28,951 nucleotides of DNA from Octopus sinensis (taxonomy: Eukaryota): contig NW_021833182.1 in NCBI RefSeq assembly GCF_006345805.1, positions 1-28,951 on the forward strand. The letters are read 5' to 3'. Below, piece after piece: positions 21,100-28,951 of this stretch (position 1 is its first letter; each line of letters begins with the position of its first letter). The notes below the pieces were generated by a model. The model saw nothing but the letters and a program-made list of their open reading frames with translations. It searched no databases and was not told where the DNA came from. The translations under genes and the position numbers were made by a program.

Positions 21100-21420
21100 T
21101 TGTTGGTGCATAGTTATAATTCTACAATCGTGCTAACATATGTCTAGCAAAGATAACACAGCCGCTAATGATCATACAAGACGATTTTCTATAATACCTT
21201 CAGGAATTTCAAATTTACATAAGTTTTTTATGCAATCTCTCAGCGCCTTGATAGTGTCAGATCTTAGAACAATCCATTTTCTTCAGAAGATGTTAAAAAT
21301 CTTACGACGAATACACAACATACTCGGAATTGAAACCACGAGTCTAACATCTTCTGCATACCAAAATGATTAAGTTCACACAATCATCTTTGCGGCTCGG
21401 TATCGACTTAAAAAGTCCTC
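21100..21420 (-). mobile_element. Highly degraded non-LTR RT fragment (L1/Tx1-like)
   Basis: Minus strand reads SFWYAEDVRLVVSIPSMLCIRRKIFNIF*...KNLCKFEIPEG; YAED resembles YADD; several stops. Confidence 0.45.
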
Positions 21421-21461
21421 TACAATTGTTTAACTCTCAACGTTACTTGCTACTGATTATA

Positions 21462-21994
21462 TTGGGTTGTCCGGAAAGTTTATGCCGATTTATAGTAGCT
21501 TACCTTTCGACTTATTTTAGAACACGGTTGAGTCCATAAAATAGGATTTGACTCCACATCAATTTTGAGCACAGTTAAACCTATCTTTCCGTGGAAGAGG
21601 GTTTATGTTCCTGTGTTAATTCTGTAACCCTTCAAAATGGAAGATAAGAAAGTTCATTTTCGGCACTTGATGCTTTGGGAACCAGACAAATTGCTGCAGT
21701 TCAGCTGGAATGTGTTACCCCACCCTCCGTATTCACCACTTATTCAGGTCTCTGCAGAATAGTCTTAATGGTAAAAATTTCAATTCCTTGGGTGACATAA
21801 AAAGATACCTTGATGAATTCTTTGCCAGGAAACCACCTCGATTCTTGGAAGAGGGTATTTTCAAGTTAAGGAAAGATGGAGACGCATTGCGCAACAAAAT
21901 AGTTCATATTTGGTTGATTAGAAATGTAATGGCAAGTATTTATTGACCTTTTTCTTTCCTTTAAAAATCAGCGCGAACTTTCCGGACAACCCAA
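21462..21994 (+). mobile_element. Internally deleted mariner, copy 1
   Basis: TIR ttgggttgtccggaaagtt with TA TSD; remnants MEDKKVHFRHLMLW, HPPYSP, LFRSLQNSLNGKNF. Confidence 0.92.
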
Positions 21995-22669
21995 TAGATG
22001 AATACCCCAAATTCTCTTTGCTGTTGTATATTCTTACATGACAGCTTATACAGTAATTCGATAATTACGAAAGACTGGTGAAATCTACTAATTTGTACTT
22101 TCGTTCCATGAGCCTTATACTAAACTTTTGTTGAAGGCTGGCATCTAGCCATTTGGTATATATATGGATGTGGGCAGTTTTGTTTCATATACCGAAGTCG
22201 AACATTTTAATCGAACAAAACGATTGATTCTCAGCAACTGTTTCTCGTCATAACATTATCTGCTGTTGAAATAAACATATATGTGAGGTATCCATAAACC
22301 CTGCCCACCCCAAAATAACAACACCAAAACCCAAAACATTTCTGCGGTATTCAATATATATTTGTGTAGTATCGTTAGCCAAAGTTTAATATATGCGGTG
22401 TATTGATGGCCAGAATGCACCAGTATTCTGTCAAAACCCAAGATATATCATAGTACAGTGCAGTTGAGATATTTCAAAGTTATATCTATAGCCAAGATGT
22501 ATCACTGTTGTAACTATGGCCAAGATACATTAATGTTGTATCAGTAAGAAATCGTTTCTTGGATTCTTAGCCAGGAATCGAAACCTTAGCCTAGATTTTT
22601 CATATCCATAAACAAAATGTATCTGTGTACCATTTGCAGTCAAGGCAAATCTATATAATATCAATGGTG

Positions 22670-22713
<44 letters not shown>

Positions 22714-23015
22714 AAATAAGCAACAAGTATATCCAAGGTAGAGTAGTACAATTGTTTCATACTACTTCATTTTATTAAACACTGTAAGTATTACATCAGT
22801 TTTAAAATGTCGAGCAATATATACACTACACCATACGACTTTACACATCACATTATATATACACACACACGTCCAGACCTCTCATACGCACTACATACTC
22901 TCTCATACACACACACACACACTCTTATGTTGGAGCGAGGTCATTTAACCCTGTTATCTCCCCTAATTTCGCTCTTGCGTCTCACGTTTGATCTTTGACT
23001 TCTGGCCGAAATCAG

Positions 23016-23225
23016 ATCGCCATGTTGATTCGCTAGCCTCTGCACGCATTTTTTACTCTCCTTGTTTCTTTCTGTGTTTCTTTTCTGTGTATCTTTCTGT
23101 TGAAGAGCGTAGGTTCGAAACGTAAAAGACTTGTTTTATTTATATTCCTGAGCGCCATACTAATACATTTGTTTGTTTGTATTCCACCTGCCTTCGTCTT
23201 TTGTTTATTTTCATAAAGCTTCCCG

Positions 23226-23227
<2 letters not shown>
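23016..23227 (+). mobile_element. Penelope-type terminal fragment with hammerhead-like motif (copy 3)
   Basis: atcgccatgttg...tctttctgttgaagagcgtaggttcgaaacgtaaaagac...cttcccgt followed by (TA)n. Confidence 0.7.
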
Positions 23228-23267
<40 letters not shown>

Positions 23268-23298
23268 TTTATTTTAAGCAGCAGAAAATTCAACAAAA

Positions 23299-23335
23299 TC
23301 TGTTACTCTGAGTTTCTCGTTGCCGTTCATCAGAC

Positions 23336-23337
<2 letters not shown>
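23299..23337 (-). ncRNA. Minimal type I hammerhead ribozyme motif (second Penelope-type family), between (TA)n tracts
   Basis: Minus strand ccgt-CUGAUGA-a-cg-gcaa-cg-a-GAAA-cuc-a-gag-UA-acaga: canonical core, near-palindromic helix III, GUA site; helix I imperfect. Confidence 0.55.
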
Positions 23338-23406
<69 letters not shown>

Positions 23407-24679
23407 CGGTTAATTTTTAGGAAGGCTGCAGTTCTCTTGTTCGGGGTCACTAATTGTAATAAAATTTTTGTTGTTATAATTGCATGTTGTAGGATGTGAA
23501 AGATGGACAATGCATGAAGTTTTAAGAAAGTATTTATTTTCCGTTACGTTCCAAATATCTTGCCTCGACGGGCAGGTTATGATAAATCCAAAAGCATGCG
23601 AAGTAACGTTTGTGTTTGTGTCCTCTTCAATGTTTAGTAGTAATTACAGAGAGAAATAGAATGATGTTGTAAGAGAACAGAATTAGAGCTAGTGAGAGTT
23701 GTAGGGTGTGGGACGTTGTCTCACAGTTGCTGACAGTAAACTTCATTTCTCCCTCTCACCAAGATTCTAGCTGGTCAGCCAGACTTCGTTCTCATTGAGT
23801 CGTTACCATGTGACTGAACTCGTTGAGTCGTCACCGACTGTGACTAACTGATTTTTATTTGGGGTGTGCTTGCTTTTATAACTATCTAGAAGGATAGATA
23901 TATCATTGAGAACAATAGATTTAGTTGGTGGTCTTGTTATCTCTATTCTAGGTTTTGATGAAGTAGAAGAGGTTAGAAACAGTCAAGTGGTGAAGACACT
24001 ATTTCGGCCTTGCTAAAGGTAGCTAGAAAACGTAAAACTGCTGTCAGAGAAAATCCATTGTTCCACCGTGGGAAAAGTTTTGTTACAGCGTTAATTTAAA
24101 TTTGGCTATGATGGATCGAATCCACTTCATGCTTGCAAGATCCCCCCCCCCCACATATATATATATATATAGTACCCACAGCCATGAAACATTCTGTGCA
24201 ATATCAGACCAAGATGTACCTGTGTAATACCTAAAACTAAGATATACAAAGTGTATTCCAGAAGTTTTGTGTGTGTGCGTGTGTGTGTAGTATCTATGCC
24301 AAAGATATATCTGTATAGCATACATGGTAAATATATATCTATAAATTATTTCTTTGATTTCGCATTCAATTCACCACTTTAAGAAGCGGGAGCTTTAGCT
24401 CGACAATGTTCTACGAGTTTGAAGAAGATAGTAAGAAAATGTCCTCTTGTGTATATCTTCTTAAAATTCTGAAATATGTCCGACATAAAACCTCGTTTAA
24501 CAGCACTACTACCCGGCTTTGGGCTGGCTTTGGCATATGGTCAATCTGGGTTTCAGTTGCATCAGCGGTCTCGCTAGTTTGGGAGAGCTTTTGAATGTAC
24601 ATGATGTTAGAAACGAAGGTTTTCAGTTCTGAGCATACGGCGTATTCCTCGTGAGATTTTCAACACCTGCAGAAAATGG

Positions 24680-24762
24680 GCAGCAACAGAAGCAGCAGCA
24701 AGAAGAAGAAGAAGAAGAAGAAGAAGAAGAAGAAGAAGAAGAAGAACAACAACAACAACAAC
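24680..24762. repeat. (CAG)/(GAA)n/(CAA)n microsatellite
   Basis: Direct reading of the sequence. Confidence 0.95.
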
Positions 24763-24848
24763 TGGAGCAATTTTTCACCGAACAGAGAGCGTTAAAAATA
24801 TCAAACAGCATATCAACATTAAAAAAAAGAAGATAGAATCATATCACG

Positions 24849-25131
24849 CAGTGTTTCTCAATCGAGGTTCATGTGATCCTTGGGGGGTGGGGGGCATATG
24901 TTCCTTGGGGATCCAAATAAGATTTTGTTGTTAAAATTTATGTGCAATAAAATCGTTGTACTTCTACAATACACAAAATATTAAAATTTTTTAAATACAA
25001 TTCCTAATAATATTTAATTATAACCACACAGGAGGATTTTTTAAAATACATCGAATGGCTATGGAGGTCCAGTGGGGTAAAATAGGAGTGAAAGGGGTCC
25101 ATAGGTAAAAAAAAATGGTTGAGAACCACTG
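24849..25131. mobile_element. hAT (Charlie-like) MITE
   Basis: TIR cagtgtttctcaa / ttgagaaccactg; 8-bp flanks atatcacg and atctaacc match at 5 of 8 positions (decayed TSD). Confidence 0.75.
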
Positions 25132-25175
25132 ATCTAACCTTACACAGTCTGTGCCTTACACTTAAAGTATATCTT

Positions 25176-25463
25176 GTGGAGGCATATGGCCTCGTGGTTA
25201 GAGCAGCGGACTCGTGGTCGAGGGATCGCGGCTTCGAATCTCAGACCGATGTGTGTGTTTATGAGCGAAACACCTAAGCTCCATGCGGCTCCGGCAGAAG
25301 GTAATGGCAAACCTCTGCTGACTCTTTCGCCACAACTTTATCTCACTCTTTCCTCTTGCATCTTGCAGCTCACCTGTGACGGACCGGCGTCCCGTCCAGG
25401 TGGGAAACCTATACGCCAAGGAAACCGGCTCTTATGGCTCGAGAAGGATCAAACAAAAAACAC
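25176..25463 (+). mobile_element. SINE type C head with V-domain-like 3' part, 12-bp TSD
   Basis: tRNA-like head; cctgtgacggaccggcgtcccgtccagg resembles the V-SINE domain (from recall); TSD aaagtatatctt at 25164-25175 and 25464-25475. Confidence 0.85.
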
Positions 25464-25989
25464 AAAGTATATCTTATCTACCTGAAAATGTTATGAGGCA
25501 CGGTCTACCCTGGCTACACTTTTATGGGGACAACAATTTTGAGTCTACTGAATAATATTATATAAGCTTGGGGGTCTGGGGTTGATGACAAATTCAAAGG
25601 CTGCCTCGGGCGGCTCACACTCTTCCTACACCACTGGAGCCTTGATGTATACCGAATTAGAAAAAGAAAAACACAATGCTGTTTTAGGTGCGATAGTTAT
25701 AGGTGTTTAGGGAGCTAACTAAAACACATAAAACAGTATTACTTATTTAGTGAATCTGGAGGAAGGGACAGGGCTCATGGTCATAGCAGCTCCTCCAAAA
25801 TGTGGAAGAGATGAAGGAAGGGGGAAAAAGTATACTGAAACTGGAGACCTGGGCCATATGCTTGTAATAGAGCAAACTCCACCAAAGTGCCCCGTGGTGG
25901 TGCTAAACCACCGTGATGGATTAAATCCCGCCGGAAGAGACACCTCAAAGAATCAGATCCGATGTTCTTACAATTCCATCAATCAGCCA

Positions 25990-26730
25990 CCTTGGATTGG
26001 TACTATTGGATTGTCCGGAAAGTTCGTGCCGATTTTTAAAGGAAAGAAAAGGGTCAATAAATACTTGCCATTACATTTTTAATCAACCAAATATGAACCA
26101 TTTTGTTGCACAATGCGTCTCCATCTAACCTTTAACATGAAAAATACCCCCTTCCCAGAATTGAGGTGGATTCATGGCAAACAATTCATCAAGGTATCTT
26201 TTTATGTCATCCAAGGAATTGAAATTTTTACCATTAAGACTATTCTGCAGAGACCTGAACAAGTGGAAATCTGAAGGAGCAATATCTGGTGAATATGGAG
26301 GGTGGGATAACACATCCCAGCTAGAGGGTGGGATAACACATCCCAGCCAAGCTGCAGCAATTTTTGTCTGGTTCCCAAACATCAAGTGCAGAAAATGAAC
26401 TTTCTTACCTTCCATTTTAAAGGGTTACAGAATTAACACAGGTTATAGGAACATAAACCTTCTTCCACGAAAAGATAGCTTCAACTGTGCTCTAAATGGA
26501 GGTGTAGTCAAATCCTATTTTATGGACTCAACCATGTTCTAAAACAAGTCGAAAGGTAAGCTACTATAAATCGCGGCACGAACTTTCCGGACAACCCAAT
26601 ATTTTTATCGATCCCGGAAGAATGAAAGGCAAAGTTGACCCCCAACAGAATTTGAAATCAGCGCACCGAGGGTCAAAACAAATAACGGAAAGCATTCTAG
26701 CCAATGCTCTGACTATTCACCACCAAAGTG
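25990..26730 (-). mobile_element. Old SINE-A split by the mariner insertion
   Basis: ttggtac|TA...TA|tttttatcgatcccggaagaatgaaaggcaaagttgacc rejoins into the SINE-A core. Confidence 0.7.
26006..26599 (-). mobile_element. Internally deleted mariner, copy 2
   Basis: Same TIR and TA TSD as copy 1; ORF 26125-26415 has HPPYSPDIAPSDFHLF (mariner DD34D YSPDLAPSD motif). Confidence 0.93.
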
Positions 26731-26894
26731 ATGCCGTAATATTTTGACGTATTTTAGCACTCACACAGACACACACACGCACACACACACACACAACACA
26801 CACACACACACCACACACACATAACGTTTTTAACACTGGGATAGTTGAAACGTGCAAATTACTGTCTTAAAAACGTCTTGGATAGCAAAACGTT

Positions 26895-26958
26895 ACCTGT
26901 GAGACTCGAACCCGCATCTCCACATCTTACATAGCGAATCATAGTGCCTAGGCTATCC
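26895..26958 (-). pseudogene. Degenerate tRNA-like remnant (tRNA pseudogene or SINE head)
   Basis: Reverse complement ggatagcctagg...gatgcgggttcgagtctcac has a B-box; cloverleaf is poor. Confidence 0.3.
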
Positions 26959-27028
26959 TTCGAATTTTTGCATCTATCTTAGGAGGTTTGTTCTTACCAC
27001 TGAGAAGTATGTTGTTTACGCAGTAAGA

Positions 27029-27075
<47 letters not shown>

Positions 27076-27112
27076 CAATATCAAGTTACTTGTGAGTTTT
27101 GTCATGTGTGTG

Positions 27113-27445
27113 AAGGCGCATGGTTCAGTGGTTAGAGCGTCGCGCTTACGATCGCGAGATTGTGAGTTCGAATCCCGGACCGGGCTGCGTGTTGTGTTCT
27201 TGAGCAAGACACTTTATTTCGCGTTGCTCCAGTTCACTCAGCTGTAGAAATGAGTTGCGACGTCACAGGTGCCAAGCTGTATCGGCCTTTGCCTTTCCCT
27301 TGGATAACACTGGTGGTGTGGAGAGAGGAGGCTGGTATGCATGGGCGACTGCAAGCCTTCCATAAACAACCTTGCCCGGTCTTGTGCCTCGGAGGGTAAC
27401 TTTCTAGGTGCAATCCCATGGTCAGTCATGACCGAACGGGGTCTC
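27113..27445 (+). mobile_element. tRNA-derived SINE type D with CORE-like domain
   Basis: ggcgcatggttcagtggttagagcgtc...gagttcgaatccc head followed by tgtgttcttgagcaagacactt...cactcagctgtagaaatgag. Confidence 0.85.
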
Positions 27446-27454
27446 AGCTACTCG

Positions 27455-28092
27455 TAACATGGGATCCAGTGCAACCTGTTGCATGGTCGGGTTGTCGGTG
27501 ACTAAACCGGCACCCTATTAAGCTTGCCTGGTGAGGAGGGTTGCTAAGAAGCCAACAGGACTAAAGAAAAACAAGACTTATCAAAAGGACGGATGAAGCT
27601 AGTCTAGGTTCGACGATTATCTAGAAATAGCATCGGCCCTCAGAAATTCCGAGTTTGTCTAGGGTGCTGGAAGACCACTAGAAGTGAAAAAAATATCTGA
27701 TATAAAACAAGATGTGCAGAGAAAAACAGCGAACATTTTAGAGGTCTTCTGCTTGCGCTTGAGATCATAGTGTTCCCACATTAACCCGAGCCTGCGACCC
27801 ATATTTCCACTGGATAACTTTCCCTGGCTTGTCTCTGGATCATGACATTATGGTGGAGAGTGCCTGTGAGGACCTTATGGGACCTGGAACTTTTAGGATA
27901 TGCAATCGATGGCGAGGCGACTTTCTGATGCATTGGTGGAGTTGGAGGGCGCCGCCTAGGAGCGTGGAAGCCACAGAAGCGAACCCAGGTGCAGTCGACC
28001 GAAGGTGCAATAACCTTATGCAAAGGCATTGCTGGCATTTTACGTGGGCAATTGTCAGTGATGATCTTCCTCGATCACGAGTGAATGGCCCA
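27455..28092 (+). mobile_element. Possible degraded RTE-like LINE remnant ending in the (CAT)n tract
   Basis: GC-richer than its surroundings, weak resemblance to RTE ends, abuts a trinucleotide tail; no clean motif. Confidence 0.3.
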
Positions 28093-28475
28093 CATCATCA
28101 TCATCATCACCATCACCATCATCATCATCATCATCACCATCACCATCATCATCATCATCATCATCATCATTATCATCATCATCACCATCACCATCACCAT
28201 TATCGTCATCATCATCATCATCACCATCGCCATCACCACCATCAGCATTATCATCATCATCATCATCACCATCACCATCATCATCATCATCATCATCATC
28301 ACCATCACCATCATCATCATCATCATCATCATCATTATCATCATCACACCATCACCATCACCATTATCGTCATCATCATCATCATCACCATCGCCATCAA
28401 CCACCATCAGCATTATCATCATCATCATCATCAGCAGCAGCAGCATTATCATCATCATCATCATCATCATCACCT

Positions 28476-28548
<73 letters not shown>

Positions 28549-28602
28549 ACCACCACACCACCCACCACCACCATCCATCATCACATCATCATCATCACCA
28601 CC

Positions 28603-28636
<34 letters not shown>

Positions 28637-28675
28637 TCGTCATCACCATCATCACCATCACCATCATCATCGTCG

Positions 28676-28726
<51 letters not shown>

Positions 28727-28801
28727 CCATCATCACCATCACCACCACCATCATCATCATCACCATCACCACCACCATCATCATCATCATCATCACCATC
28801 A
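28093..28801. repeat. About 710-bp (CAT/CAC)n compound microsatellite
   Basis: Direct reading; generates the poly-His, poly-Ile, poly-Ser, poly-Asp and poly-Met ORFs. Confidence 0.97.
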
Positions 28802-28951
28802 TGTATCCATATAGACAGAGATGATGTATAACACATCAAACACTGATCCACGGTAGTTAAGAGCTCAATTTATGAAAGGTCGTTAAAAGGTCGTTAATAC
28901 GTTATAACATTGCAGTAAATCCGAGTGCGAACAAAAACAAAACAAACAAAC

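Noticed and set aside
23796-23848. Short imperfect tandem repeat ttgagtcg...gtgact
   Set aside because: Only two diverged units of about 27 bp, likely internal to a decayed TE; no further structure.
24609-24667. Peptide ending ...TENLRF* as an RFamide neuropeptide
   Set aside because: No C-terminal Gly for amidation and no precursor context.
25743-26082. ORFs of 110 and 66 aa on opposite strands
   Set aside because: No recognisable motif; the longer one runs into a mariner TIR; probably an old TE remnant or chance.
27829-28851. 331-aa poly-His ORF and the overlapping poly-Asp, poly-Met and poly-Ser ORFs
   Set aside because: (CAT)n has no stop in several frames on both strands, so long ORFs are expected by construction.

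Overview
AT-rich eukaryotic genomic DNA with the repeat landscape typical of an octopus genome (species attribution is inference). No intact gene, rRNA, true tRNA or CRISPR array is supported. Most of the window is microsatellites and mobile elements: at least four tRNA-derived SINE types (labelled A-D by me), R4/Dong-clade non-LTR fragments embedded in (TAA)n arrays, a Penelope-like RT remnant plus Penelope-type terminal fragments carrying hammerhead ribozyme motifs, Tc1/mariner and hAT MITEs, two deleted mariners, a non-autonomous Helitron and an unclassified TIR element with telomeric repeats. A few weak minus-strand exon candidates suggest the window may be intronic. The best leads are a repeated variant-core hammerhead, SINE multimers flanked by a single TSD with a recurrent head-to-tail junction, the TTAGGG-bearing MITE with a 6-bp duplication, and nested inverted TE pairs enclosing a candidate exon. 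All coordinates were read by eye; family names come from recalled motifs, not database searches.
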